Positions 1-8,842 are shown, numbered from the stretch's first letter. The stretch: 64,000 bases of DNA from Candidatus Portnoybacteria bacterium (GCA_016208745.1 JACQXN010000022.1:19212-83211), one strand, 5' to 3'. The notes: generated by a model not told the origin, from the letters alone. A program made the numbers and translations.

Positions 1-1010
1 CAAATTAAAATTGTGGCGACGCCCTCCATCCCACCGGCAATTGCCCCCACCAAACCAATGATAACGATAAAATTATTAATGCCAAAAAGGTAGCCTAAAA
101 GCGGCACAAAACAAACCAACGCCCAGGCCAAAATATTATTTAGATGATAGTCTCTATAAAAAATGCGGCGCAGATTGGCGCCCACAACAATAAAAGAGGT
201 CATCACTGCTAAAAAACCAAAAATCGCGCCAAGAATTATAATTTTTTGGCCAAAATATGGCGCAAGCCCGCTGATTGCGTCCTCGGTGGTCGCGTTGCCT
301 GTTATGCCGGTAACGCTTAAAGCAAATAAGATACAAATTAGCACCGGAATAAGGGTGCCCCAAATAATTGCTGTTCTTAATTTTCTTTCCTGACCTTTTA
401 AAATCTGCCGCATTTCCGGAATCGCCGCTCCGCCTGTCAAAGCAAACAAAATAACGCCATAAGGCAGGAAAAATTTTACCCAATTAATACCTGATAAATT
501 AATTGGATTGATCAACGGCGCACCTCTGAAAATAAAAACTCCCGCGACAAATAAAAGGAATAGGCTCATAAAAAACTCAGCCGGGCCAATAGTTTTTAAA
601 CCAAAAAGAATAATCAAAGCACCGAAAACAAAAAACACCAGAACCCACAAAAAATCGCTCCCGCCCAAAATGGGTTTGAAAATAAGGCTTAAAAAATTTC
701 CGCCGACAATTAAATAAGCCAGGAGCGCTCCGTAAAACTCAAAAATGATAATTGCGCCGACAATTCTTTTGCCGACCAACCCAAAGAATCTTTCGGCGTA
801 ACAGACCAAACCATGATCTTTTGTCGTGCGCAAAGCAATTTCTCCATAAAAAAGGTGGATAAACAAAATTACGCCGCCAATTACTATCAAATAAAAAAGA
901 CCGATTGAAAAACCGGCCTGCGCACAAACATAAGGAATGGCAAAAATCCCTACACCAATAATCATCCCAATCAAAGTCGCTAGCGCATAAAAAAACTTTT
1001 TATTCGCCAT
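1..1010 (-). CDS. Amino acid permease (HAAAP/TyrP-like aromatic amino acid transporter), partial; C-terminus lies beyond window start
   Basis: Manual minus-strand translation from ATG at 1010 (MANKKFFYALATLIGMIIGVGIFAIPYVCAQAGF...) is continuous to position 1. Multiple hydrophobic helices and a GxGIFxxP-like motif typical of amino acid transporters. Absent from the ORF track only because no stop lies in the window. Confidence 0.55.
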   Translation of the reverse strand, partial: MANKKFFYALATLIGMIIGVGIFAIPYVCAQAGFSIGLFYLIVIGGVILFIHLFYGEIALRTTKDHGLVCYAERFFGLVGKRIVGAIIIFEFYGALLAYLIVGGNFLSLIFKPILGGSDFLWVLVFFVFGALIILFGLKTIGPAEFFMSLFLLFVAGVFIFRGAPLINPINLSGINWVKFFLPYGVILFALTGGAAIPEMRQILKGQERKLRTAIIWGTLIPVLICILFALSVTGITGNATTEDAISGLAPYFGQKIIILGAIFGFLAVMTSFIVVGANLRRIFYRDYHLNNILAWALVCFVPLLGYLFGINNFIVIIGLVGAIAGGMEGVATILI

Positions 1011-1034
1011 AGGGTAAAAAATCTCGCTTAACTT

Positions 1035-1292
1035 CTATTCCAGAATCTTAAAAACTTCATCGCCTTCCTTAACTTTCTGCTCTGTTTTTAAACCAACTGC
1101 ATCGCCGGGTTTAGCGTTTTCAACCTCTTTATGCTCAACCTGCATTGAATCAACCGTCTGGTCAAAATCGGTGTTTGAGCCTTTGATTTTTATTTTATCG
1201 CCTTTATTCAGAGAGTCGGAAAGCTCAATAATACCCACGCCGATATTGCCGTAGTAATGGACAATTTTACCGACTAATTTTTCTTCTGCCAT
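1035..1292 (-). CDS. Small conserved hypothetical protein (beta-barrel, EF-Tu domain-2/KOW-like)
   Basis: 85 aa ORF. Likely true ATG at 1292, preceded by GGAGGTG Shine-Dalgarno; the track start at 1301 is GTG. Gly/Lys-rich small barrel-like sequence. Confidence 0.5.
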   Translation of the reverse strand: MAEEKLVGKIVHYYGNIGVGIIELSDSLNKGDKIKIKGSNTDFDQTVDSMQVEHKEVENAKPGDAVGLKTEQKVKEGDEVFKILE

Positions 1293-1302
1293 CTTTATCA
1301 CC

Positions 1303-1374
1303 TCCTCTGTATTCCCTCCTTTGGAAAAAGAGGGCTTGCGCCGCCTCTTAAAAAGGCGGGGTGAAGAGTGGATT
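1303..1374. repeat. GC-rich hairpin element (family B copy), intergenic
   Basis: Hairpins CCCTCctttggaaaaaGAGGG and CCGCCtcttaaaaaGGCGG followed by ggggtg. Same module architecture as 2055, 6457, 8289, 45667, 47688 and 56006. Confidence 0.6.
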
Positions 1375-1410
1375 TTGGGAAATTATCACAAATCACCCTG
1401 TCCCAAGTTT

Positions 1411-2013
1411 TTACTCTTCGTTAATTCTCGGTCTTTTTTCAATTTTCACTACTTTTTCCTCCTCCACCAATTCAAGTACTTTTTCTATTAAAGCCTTGGG
1501 GTCTGAATCATAAACTATTTTTCCTGAACCACGCTTGGCCCGCTCCACAATTTCTTCTATCATATCCGACATTCCGCCAGTACCAGTCAAAATGCCGATT
1601 GGTTTTTTATCCTCAAAAGCAATAGTAAATTCATTCAAAGTTCCCATGCGGCCGCAAATTATAATTACCGCATCCGAGGATCTGGTTAGCAAAAGATTCC
1701 GGCCCGCATATTCAAAGCCGGTATAAATAATCATATCAAAATAGTCAACCGGCAGGCGATAGCTTTTAACATGGGCGATTTCTGAAGCCGCCGGAGAGAG
1801 CCCAATGGAAATTCCGCCTTCTTCTTTGGCGCCAATAGCCGCCCAATAAGGAATGCCGGTGGTAGCACCAGTCATTAAAACTCCGTTGTGGCGGACGATT
1901 TCCCGTCCCACTTCTTTGGCTTTTTCAAGAGCTTCTGGCGCGCAACATTCGGTTTTGGCTGCGCCAGAAACGCAAATTTTGTATTTTAGATAGCTTTTTG
2001 CAACTTTTTCCAT
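1411..2013 (-). CDS. LOG family / TIGR00725 Rossmann-fold protein (putative nucleotide 5'-monophosphate nucleosidase)
   Basis: Motifs GATTGIPYWAA and ICGRMGTLNEF match the LOG-family GGxGTxxE signature; 200 aa. Confidence 0.7.
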   Translation of the reverse strand: MEKVAKSYLKYKICVSGAAKTECCAPEALEKAKEVGREIVRHNGVLMTGATTGIPYWAAIGAKEEGGISIGLSPAASEIAHVKSYRLPVDYFDMIIYTGFEYAGRNLLLTRSSDAVIIICGRMGTLNEFTIAFEDKKPIGILTGTGGMSDMIEEIVERAKRGSGKIVYDSDPKALIEKVLELVEEEKVVKIEKRPRINEE

Positions 2014-2054
2014 GATTTATACAGATAAACGCTGATATACAGATAGGATTTAAC

Positions 2055-2123
2055 TCCTCCCAGCCTCCTCTTTAAAAAAGAGGAAGAGCTCCCTCTCTTA
2101 TTTTAAGAGAGGGGTGGGGTGAG
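2055..2123. repeat. GC-rich hairpin element (family B copy), intergenic
   Basis: CCTCTTTaaaaaAGAGG and CCCTCTCTTAttttAAGAGAGGGG, then gtggggtgag. Confidence 0.6.
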
Positions 2124-2132
2124 TTAAATTTT

Positions 2133-2166
2133 ATCCGTATATCCGTAGAAAATCCGTATTCCGTAG
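2133..2166. repeat. Four direct repeats of ATCCGTA(T/G), possible operator-like site upstream of LOG gene
   Basis: atccgtat atccgtag aaa atccgtat tccgtag read directly; lies between the 2202 stop and the 2013 start. Confidence 0.45.
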
Positions 2167-2201
2167 CTATATTTTATCTTGACTCCCCTTAAAAGTCCAG
2201 C

Positions 2202-3599
2202 TTACTCTAACTCTACTGTACTCCCCATTTCTGGCACCTGCGCGTCCAAGCCCATCTCATCTCTTATAATTTGCGCCAAAACTCCTGCTGGCTCCTCTTC
2301 TCCGTGAACAACAAAAACTTTCTTGATTGGTTTACAAATATTGCACAGCCATTCTAATAACCCTTTTTGGTCGGCATGCGCAGAATAACCGGTGAAATTT
2401 TTAATCTTTGCCTTAACCTGAATCTTTGCGTCCAAAATTTCAACTTCTTTTTCCCCCTCCATAATTCGGCGGCCCAATGTTCCTTTGGCCTGGTAGGTGA
2501 TCAAAAGAAGAATATTTCTTTCGCCTGACAAATAAAGAGATTCATGGTGTATAATCCGGCCGCCTTGTGACATGCCAGAGCCGGCAATAATAACTTTTGG
2601 CGGAGGAATATTGTTTATTTTTTTTGAGTCTTTAATGGAGTGAGTAAACTGAAGGCCGGGGAATTTAAATATATCGTCACCTGACTTAATTAAGTTTCCC
2701 GCTTCTTGATTAAAATATCTCTCATGTTTTTTATAGACATCTGTTATATCATGCGCCAATGGACTATCAATAAAAATCGGGATTTGCGGAATACACTTAT
2801 TCTCTGCCAGCTCATTTAAATGAAAAAGCAACTGCTGGGTCCGCTCAAGGGCAAAGCTGGGAATCATTAAAACGCCATTTTTTCTAATTGCTTCTTCAAT
2901 AACATCTTCAATAATATTTTTTGCCTCGTCTGCTTTTTCGTGCAACCTGTCGCCATAAGTTGATTCTATCAAGACATAATCTGCCTCCTCAATTACTTCC
3001 GGCTTTCTTAAAATCGGCACCGGATAATTTCCTAGATCCCCCGAGAAGACAATAACAGATTTTTTATCCTGGGCTTGCTCGCCTCGCTGAAGCTCCGGCG
3101 AAGCGGGTCGAAGGATTACTTTAATTACGGCCGACCCCAGAATATGTCCGGCTTCAAAAAATTCAAAAGAAATTTCATCAGAAATTTTTGTTTCTTGATG
3201 ATATTCTGTTGGTATAAACAACCCCATGATCTGATCTATGTCTTTTTTACTAAAAAGAGAGAGCTTGCCTACGTGCTTGGCTTTCTCGGCTAAAATTTTC
3301 CTGCTGTCTTCTAAAATCAAGTGGACAAAATCTATGGTTGGCGGCGTGGCAAAAATTCTTCCGTTAAACCCGCCCTCAACTAAATTAGGGAGCCGGCCAA
3401 TATGGTCAAGGTGGGAATGAGTTATTAAAACCGCGTCAATTTCTTTTGGATTAAAGGAAAACGGCTCATTATTTTTTGCCTCCAGCTCTTTTTCGCCTTG
3501 AAACGCGCCGCAATCAACTAGGATTTTTGATTTTTCTGTTTCTAATAAATAACAGGCGCCGGTTACAACTTTAGCGCCGCCGCAAAAAGTAAGTTTCAT
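2202..3599 (-). CDS. beta-CASP family MBL-fold ribonuclease (RNase J / CPSF-like)
   Basis: HSHLDH metallo-beta-lactamase motif near the N-terminus; 465 aa with beta-CASP and RNA-metabolising MBL C-terminal regions. Confidence 0.75.
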   Translation of the reverse strand: MKLTFCGGAKVVTGACYLLETEKSKILVDCGAFQGEKELEAKNNEPFSFNPKEIDAVLITHSHLDHIGRLPNLVEGGFNGRIFATPPTIDFVHLILEDSRKILAEKAKHVGKLSLFSKKDIDQIMGLFIPTEYHQETKISDEISFEFFEAGHILGSAVIKVILRPASPELQRGEQAQDKKSVIVFSGDLGNYPVPILRKPEVIEEADYVLIESTYGDRLHEKADEAKNIIEDVIEEAIRKNGVLMIPSFALERTQQLLFHLNELAENKCIPQIPIFIDSPLAHDITDVYKKHERYFNQEAGNLIKSGDDIFKFPGLQFTHSIKDSKKINNIPPPKVIIAGSGMSQGGRIIHHESLYLSGERNILLLITYQAKGTLGRRIMEGEKEVEILDAKIQVKAKIKNFTGYSAHADQKGLLEWLCNICKPIKKVFVVHGEEEPAGVLAQIIRDEMGLDAQVPEMGSTVELE

Positions 3600-3767
3600 A
3601 AATATTTCTTCTTAGGGGATTCTTTAGTTTTTACGCAGGCAATCTGCTTCGCTTTCTGATACCTAAATTGGCTTGGCGTCCGATAGGCGGTTTTCCCTCG
3701 CCCTGCCCGAGCTGATGAATACTTTTTCATAGGTTAATTATAATATAGCTTAGAAAAAAGCTAAATA

Positions 3768-3796
3768 TTGACAAGACTATTTATTTATGAGATAAT
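3768..3796 (+). promoter_or_regulatory. Sigma70-like promoter TTGACA-N17-GATAAT
   Basis: TTGACA at 3768-3773, 17 nt spacer, GATAAT at 3791-3796. AGGAGG at 3833-3838 precedes ATG 3844. Confidence 0.5.
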
Positions 3797-3843
3797 AAAT
3801 ATACTGAATTTGGTTCCTTAAATAAATTCATCAGGAGGCGAGA

Positions 3844-4116
3844 ATGTCAGAAAATATAGAAGTTATAGAAGTGAAAAATTATACCGTGGAAATTAGAGTT
3901 TTAAGTATCCACTTTATCTTTGCATCGGCTGAAAATGGCAGAGTGCATTTGGTGGCTAGATTCAAGCCATACGCACAGATTTACGACCCAGCTTCTAACC
4001 GCGTCCCAAAACCTCTTTTCAAAGAAGCCTGCCGCATAGCTGCGGCGCGACTGAAATCTCAACAGAAAAGGTCCGTGCCCATAAAACACCTCCGCCAAAT
4101 TAAAATGTGGGGGTAG
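3844..4116 (+). CDS. Hypothetical small protein (90 aa)
   Basis: Consensus promoter plus strong AGGAGG RBS 5 nt upstream of ATG; no recognisable family. Confidence 0.45.
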   Translation: MSENIEVIEVKNYTVEIRVLSIHFIFASAENGRVHLVARFKPYAQIYDPASNRVPKPLFKEACRIAAARLKSQQKRSVPIKHLRQIKMWG

Positions 4117-4225
4117 CTGATATGTGATTCCTCCAAAAAAAACAAAACCCTTAGCAACCACGCTAGGGGTTATTTTTATCCTTATATTCTTTATTCGCCA
4201 TTGCAAAAATTTTGTTATAAAATCG

Positions 4226-4324
4226 CGGCGAGCTGAGTGTTTAAAAAATTACCTACGGAGGAGCAAAGCGACGAGTTTAGGAGGTAATTTTTAACAAAGC
4301 GAGTCCGATTTTATCAAAATTTTA
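4226..4324. repeat. ~100 nt structured repeat (family D copy 1) with 11 bp stem AAAAATTACCT/AGGTAATTTTT
   Basis: Near-identical architecture and flanks to 15258-15356; compensatory stem changes between copies. Confidence 0.6.
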
Positions 4325-4398
4325 TGCTTGGCGAGAGTTTTTTGCCTACTTTTTGTCGGTACAAAAAGTAGGTCCTTGCCGTCTTTAGATAAAGACGA

Positions 4399-5730
4399 TT
4401 AACGCATTCCTCTAAGTTCTTCTTTTACAATCTCGCTCTCCTGCCAAGGAATCTTTTTCCCATTTTCCACACACATCCAAACCTCTCCCCCTTTGCCAGT
4501 TAGAATAACCGCATCTCCGGCTTTCGCTAAACTCAATGCTTTTTTTATCGCTTCACGACGATCTAAAATTTCATAGACATTGGAAATTGGTAATTGGGTA
4601 TTGGAAATTCCAGATTTTATCTCCGATAAAATCTGGGTTGGGTCTTCATCATAAGGATCTTCATTGGTAATAATTACATAATCCGCGTATTCTCCAGCCA
4701 AGCGGCCTAAAGCCGCTCTTTTTGATTTATCGCGGCCGCCGCCCTGTGCGCCAAGCAAAGCAATAATTTTTCGCGGATTAAAAATTTTAAGCGCTTTGTA
4801 AGCCGATTCAAGAGAAGCCGGCTCGTGAGCATAATCAACGATAACTGTAAATGGCTGACCTTCATTAATTACTTCCAAACGGCCCGGCGCTGGTTTGGCA
4901 TTTTTTAGAGCCTCTTTTATTTTATCGACTCCGATTCCTTGCGAAATTGCTACGCAAATTGCCGCCGCAGCGTTATACATATTAACCTCGCCGATAAGAG
5001 GCGTAATAAAATTTTCACTGTTAAAATCGAATTCGGTTCTATCCGAGGCCAATTTAATGTTTGCAATTTGAAGCTTTCCAAATCCTCCCCAACCCTCCCT
5101 AAAGGGAGGGAGCGATTCCCCTCCTTTAGGAGGGGCTAGGGGAGATTTTAAAAAATACCCCATTTTTTTCGCCATTGGAATTTTCAAAAAATATTCTGTG
5201 CTCTCATCATCCAAATTATAAACTCCAATTCCGTTTTTCTTTTTCGCCACGGCTTCAAATAATTTTAATTTTGCTGCCCGATAATTTTCAAAACTGCCGT
5301 GGCGCTCAATGTGCTCGGGCGATAAATTAGTAAAAACCGCGACTGAATAATTAATGCCTTTGTGCCGATGCTGCAGAATTCCCTCTGAAGAAGTTTCAAT
5401 TACCGCGTATTTGCATCCTTCGCTAACCATTTGCCGCAATAATTTCTGCAATTTGAATCGGCCAAGCATAGTCTGCTTATAATCATTTATCCACTCCTTA
5501 TCCCTAATTCTAAAATTTACCGTTGTCGCCATGCCGGTTTTAAACCCCGCGCCCTGCAAAATCTGAGCGATTAAATTACAAGTCGTTGTTTTCCCTTTTG
5601 TCCCGGTCACGCCAATTACAATCAATTTCCGTGACGGAAAACCATACACAAGCGCGCCCAAATAAGCGAGCAACCAATGGTACCAACTAAAAATAAAATT
5701 CGGGATAAGTTTTTTTAGAATATTTTTCAT
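4399..5730 (-). CDS. Mur ligase family protein (MurE-like UDP-MurNAc-peptide ligase) with N-terminal membrane anchor
   Basis: GVTGTKGKTTT P-loop and DYAHEP motif of Mur ligases. N-terminus is a TM helix rather than a MurE N-domain. Carries an in-frame palindromic element at 5079-5149. Confidence 0.75.
   Translation of the reverse strand: MKNILKKLIPNFIFSWYHWLLAYLGALVYGFPSRKLIVIGVTGTKGKTTTCNLIAQILQGAGFKTGMATTVNFRIRDKEWINDYKQTMLGRFKLQKLLRQMVSEGCKYAVIETSSEGILQHRHKGINYSVAVFTNLSPEHIERHGSFENYRAAKLKLFEAVAKKKNGIGVYNLDDESTEYFLKIPMAKKMGYFLKSPLAPPKGGESLPPFREGWGGFGKLQIANIKLASDRTEFDFNSENFITPLIGEVNMYNAAAAICVAISQGIGVDKIKEALKNAKPAPGRLEVINEGQPFTVIVDYAHEPASLESAYKALKIFNPRKIIALLGAQGGGRDKSKRAALGRLAGEYADYVIITNEDPYDEDPTQILSEIKSGISNTQLPISNVYEILDRREAIKKALSLAKAGDAVILTGKGGEVWMCVENGKKIPWQESEIVKEELRGMR
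5079..5149. repeat. GC-rich nested-hairpin element (family A copy) inserted in-frame within Mur ligase CDS
   Basis: AAATCCTCCCC..CCCTCCCTAAAGGGAGGG..CCCCTCCTTTAGGAGGGG..GGGGAGATTTT. Translated in-frame on the minus strand as SPLAPPKGGESLPPFREGWGGF. Confidence 0.8.
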
Positions 5731-6068
5731 TCAAATTTTTTAATGAAAAACCATCTATATTTTTTTAATTTTCTTAAATACTCTAACTTGACCCCCGCCT
5801 CCCTCTTTTTCTTTGCATACTTATCGGTCATCTCTCCCCATTCCATTCTATTGGGGCTGCCAGATGATCTAAGTAATAGATTTTCGGGATTATATTCTGC
5901 CAAATCCCCGTTTATTAATTTTATATCTCTATCAATCTCGAATCCTTTTTGAATCCTGTTCCCAATATAAAAAATTACAGAAAGGATAAAAGAAATCCAT
6001 AAAATTGGGCTGATGCTTTTTAAAAAATCGAGCGTTGAATTGTAAAATTCAATAAAATAATCAATCAT
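5727..6068 (-). CDS. Hypothetical small membrane protein
   Basis: 113 aa with one TM helix; 4 nt overlap with the upstream Mur ligase start, suggesting translational coupling. Confidence 0.5.
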   Translation of the reverse strand: MIDYFIEFYNSTLDFLKSISPILWISFILSVIFYIGNRIQKGFEIDRDIKLINGDLAEYNPENLLLRSSGSPNRMEWGEMTDKYAKKKREAGVKLEYLRKLKKYRWFFIKKFE

Positions 6069-6105
6069 GCTTATTATTTATCGAGATAATTTGAATGAGA
6101 AATTT

Positions 6106-7194
6106 TCATCTTAAAATATTTCTTGTCGCTTTGTATATCTTGTACCACCATCTATTAAAAATGTAATTGTGCGTGCCGCAAAACGCGACTTCATACCCCC
6201 CAAAACCCTTCTTAAATCGGCTCACACCCGGCCATTTTTGTTCGTCATAACCCCAAAAATCATAATATTTACAGCCCTGATTTTTGACAAATTTTATCTG
6301 CTCCCATTGTAAAAGATGCGGCGCCATCAAACTGCGAGACTCGTTATCGGATCCGCCATGAATATAAATTGCTGTACTATTAAAAATATTTACTAAATTC
6401 GCGGCGATTGTTTTTCCTTGATATTGGGCTAAAAATAATAAATTCTCAAAATTTAACTCACCCTCGCTCTCTCTTAAAATAAGAGAGGGAATTACGTCTG
6501 TATTCTCTCCCCCTCTTAAATTAAGAGGGGGGTGGGGGGAGTTATTTCCAATTTGCAACTGCTTTCTATAATATTCTTTCTCAAAAATCTTTATCCCCTG
6601 TCTTTTTGCGGTCTGATTAAGCAAACTCCAAAATTCTTCAAAGTCTTTTTCGTTATACTCTGTCCTCCTTATTGTTACGCCTTTGCGCTGGGCAAGATTA
6701 ATATTATAACGTGTTTTCTCATGCATAGCCGCCAACAATTCTTCTTCACTTCTATCCAAATTTAAAATCAGAGTCCTGCTTGGCTGGATATCTTTTGTTT
6801 TTGAAAAACCCAACCCCCTTAAATCCTCCCTACTTATTTCAAAAGTCGGCTCGATTCTTAAAAATATCGCATTTTCTTGTTTAGCTAGATGTTTAACTTC
6901 CCGTAAAAAGCCCTGCATTCGCAGGAGATTCATCTCCGCCCGATGGCGGATCAGAATGGCATCTCGTGTTAATTCTGAAATTATTAGAGGGCCTCGCGGG
7001 CAATACAGATAGCTTTTCCCCAGCGGTAAATTATATTTAATTATTAAACCTGCCCAATCTTTGCCTTTCAGGAAAAAAGTTTTTCTCCCTAATGATTTCT
7101 GAAACTCCGCCCATTCTAAAGACTGCAAAAAACCGCCGCCTTGCTTCAAAACAAACTCATTCCAATCCTCTTTTCCGCCTTCATAAATAGCCAT
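6106..7194 (-). CDS. FemAB-family peptidoglycan interpeptide-bridge aminoacyltransferase
   Basis: FLQSLEWAEF N-terminal and LLQWEQIKFVKNQGCKYYDFWG C-terminal motifs typical of FemABX. Likely ATG at 7194 (track start 7239 is TTG). Contains an in-frame repeat at 6457-6541. Confidence 0.75.
   Translation of the reverse strand: MAIYEGGKEDWNEFVLKQGGGFLQSLEWAEFQKSLGRKTFFLKGKDWAGLIIKYNLPLGKSYLYCPRGPLIISELTRDAILIRHRAEMNLLRMQGFLREVKHLAKQENAIFLRIEPTFEISREDLRGLGFSKTKDIQPSRTLILNLDRSEEELLAAMHEKTRYNINLAQRKGVTIRRTEYNEKDFEEFWSLLNQTAKRQGIKIFEKEYYRKQLQIGNNSPHPPLNLRGGENTDVIPSLILRESEGELNFENLLFLAQYQGKTIAANLVNIFNSTAIYIHGGSDNESRSLMAPHLLQWEQIKFVKNQGCKYYDFWGYDEQKWPGVSRFKKGFGGYEVAFCGTHNYIFNRWWYKIYKATRNILR
6457..6541. 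repeat. GC-rich hairpin element (family B copy) inserted in-frame in FemAB CDS
   Basis: TCTCTCTTAAAATAAGAGAG and CCCCCTCTTAAATTAAGAGGGGGG hairpins. Encodes SPHPPLNLRGGENTDVIPSLILRESEGE inside the ORF. Confidence 0.75.
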
Positions 7195-7231
7195 ATTCTT
7201 AATGGCATTGTAGCGTAAAAAAATCCGAAAG

Positions 7232-7262
7232 ACAAACAAAAAAGGCAGTTATGACTGCCTTT
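7232..7262 (-). terminator. Rho-independent terminator for gene 7261-7671
   Basis: Hairpin AAGGCAGTtatgACTGCCTT followed on the minus strand by a T-run. Confidence 0.5.
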
Positions 7263-7671
7263 AATTTTGTAAAAACCATTCTGGAAATTTATCCAGCAAT
7301 ATGTCTTTGGCGGCATTCCAGCCGGCCATCTCCTCCATCCTTTCTTTCTTCTCTCGCGGAGTTAAATAAATAAATTCTTCTGGTGGTATATAATCGTATT
7401 CCGGCATCTCCCCTTCTAAAATCGCTATCCATAAACATTCATTCCAGCCCATCCGAAACCAGAAATCTGATGTGCTCACAAATGGCTTAAAAAGATGAAA
7501 AAACTTACTCACCCTTTTGCAAGCCCTTGCATATTCTTCTGTCTCTGGCGTCAAAAAATCCCTAATGCAATCTTTGGAATACTGGACTGTTTTTCTAATT
7601 TCCTCTTTTGAAAACCACGAGCCTGCCCGATGCGCTCCGGGTATCATCAATAGCAGCTCCCCCATCGCCAT
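7261..7671 (-). CDS. Hypothetical protein
   Basis: 136 aa ORF with no recognised family. Confidence 0.45.
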   Translation of the reverse strand: MAMGELLLMIPGAHRAGSWFSKEEIRKTVQYSKDCIRDFLTPETEEYARACKRVSKFFHLFKPFVSTSDFWFRMGWNECLWIAILEGEMPEYDYIPPEEFIYLTPREKKERMEEMAGWNAAKDILLDKFPEWFLQN

Positions 7672-7698
7672 CTCCTTTTTATTTAAATGAACATAAAA

Positions 7699-8277
7699 TT
7701 ACTTCCTCCCCAATCTCTTTAGGCATTCCTTAACCCGATTCTCAACTCCTTTAATTGTTTCTGGCAATTGCTGCAAAACTTCCCTGACCTCATAAACCCT
7801 ATAGCCTAAATTAACTAAAGCGTCAATCACTTCTATATCGCCGGCTACTCTCGATCCTTCTTTTCCTTGTGATAATTTTTTAACTTTTGTTTTTAATTCC
7901 AAAACTATCTTTTGCGCCATTTTTTTGCCAATGCCAGAAACCTTGCCTAAAATTGTTTCATCGCCTAAAACAATCGCCTCTTCCAAATCAGAAACTGAAG
8001 CTACGCCCAAAATATTCATCGCGGTTTTTGGCCCAATGCCCGGAATGGAAATCAAAAGCTCAAAAAGCTCCAATTCCTCAAAAGTCAAGAAACCAAACAA
8101 ATCCCAACTAGTTTCTTTAACTGAAAGAAAAGTAAAAACTTTGATACTTTGCCCGATTTGTGGTATTTTATTAAGGGTCTTTTCAGAAAAATGAACGCGA
8201 AAACCAATACCACCCGCTTCCATAATGGCGTATTTTTCCGATTTAAGAGAGATTTTGCCTTCTAAAGATGAGATCAT
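7699..8277 (-). CDS. ruvA: Holliday junction DNA helicase RuvA
   Basis: N-terminal OB-fold and helix-hairpin-helix motif (IPGIGPKTAMNIL); 192 aa. Confidence 0.85.
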   Translation of the reverse strand: MISSLEGKISLKSEKYAIMEAGGIGFRVHFSEKTLNKIPQIGQSIKVFTFLSVKETSWDLFGFLTFEELELFELLISIPGIGPKTAMNILGVASVSDLEEAIVLGDETILGKVSGIGKKMAQKIVLELKTKVKKLSQGKEGSRVAGDIEVIDALVNLGYRVYEVREVLQQLPETIKGVENRVKECLKRLGRK

Positions 8278-8288
8278 AATCTATTTTT

Positions 8289-8377
8289 TCCTCCTCCCCT
8301 CAGATGAGGGGAGGATTGAGGTGGGGTGCTGAAAAACACCACCACCCCCTGCCCCCTCCTCAACTGAGGAGGGGAAG
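8289..8377. repeat. GC-rich hairpin element (family B copy), intergenic
   Basis: CCTCCTCCCCTCAGATGAGGGGAGG..GAGGTGGGGTG..CCCTCCTCAACTGAGGAGGGG. Near-identical to 45667-45799 except for an internal ~50 nt indel. Confidence 0.7.
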
Positions 8378-8429
8378 AAAAAATTAAATAGTTTCTGCTT
8401 TCAGTATACCTCCCGCCCGCGCGAAATTC

Positions 8430-8460
8430 AAATAAAAAAGCCCGACAGTAAAGTCGGGCA
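8430..8460 (-). terminator. Rho-independent terminator for gene 8476-8745
   Basis: GCCCGACagtaaaGTCGGGC followed by T8 on the minus strand. Confidence 0.6.
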
Positions 8461-8475
8461 GGTTAAGTTAATTAA

Positions 8476-8745
8476 TCACCTACTTATATTTAAATCGTGG
8501 CCATATTCCAATTCCTCATTAATAATATCAAGAATTTCTTTATACCCTTTGTTTTGCGCGACTTCCCGAATTCTTTCAATCTGCTTAAGGACAAGTTCAG
8601 CCTCCCCTCTGACCAAACCAAATCTGTATTCAATGTCTTCTTGCGTGTTGTAGCCTCCCAAAACCATTAATCTTGCTTTATGAGGTGCGATGTGATGAAT
8701 CAACGCCTCGAGACAATTAATCAAATCTCCTTTTTCTCTTGCCAT
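8476..8745 (-). CDS. Hypothetical protein
   Basis: 89 aa ORF with a terminator downstream. Confidence 0.45.
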   Translation of the reverse strand: MAREKGDLINCLEALIHHIAPHKARLMVLGGYNTQEDIEYRFGLVRGEAELVLKQIERIREVAQNKGYKEILDIINEELEYGHDLNISR

Positions 8746-8842
8746 ATTACGTCTCCTCTGTGAGTTTTTAATGCCTGAAAATAATAAATAAAACGAACTA
8801 TCTAGCGAATTGAATTAATAATTGTATACCATAAACCAATTT

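Noticed and set aside
154-927. Track ORFs 154-483(-), 163-393(+), 508-717(+), 739-927(-)
   Set aside because: All lie inside the long edge-truncated minus-strand permease frame I translated manually from ATG 1010. They are in other frames, have odd composition and are likely spurious.
3901-4206. Minus-strand 101 aa ORF overlapping the small plus-strand ORF 3844-4116
   Set aside because: It has no RBS or promoter and overlaps a plus-strand ORF that has a consensus promoter and AGGAGG RBS.
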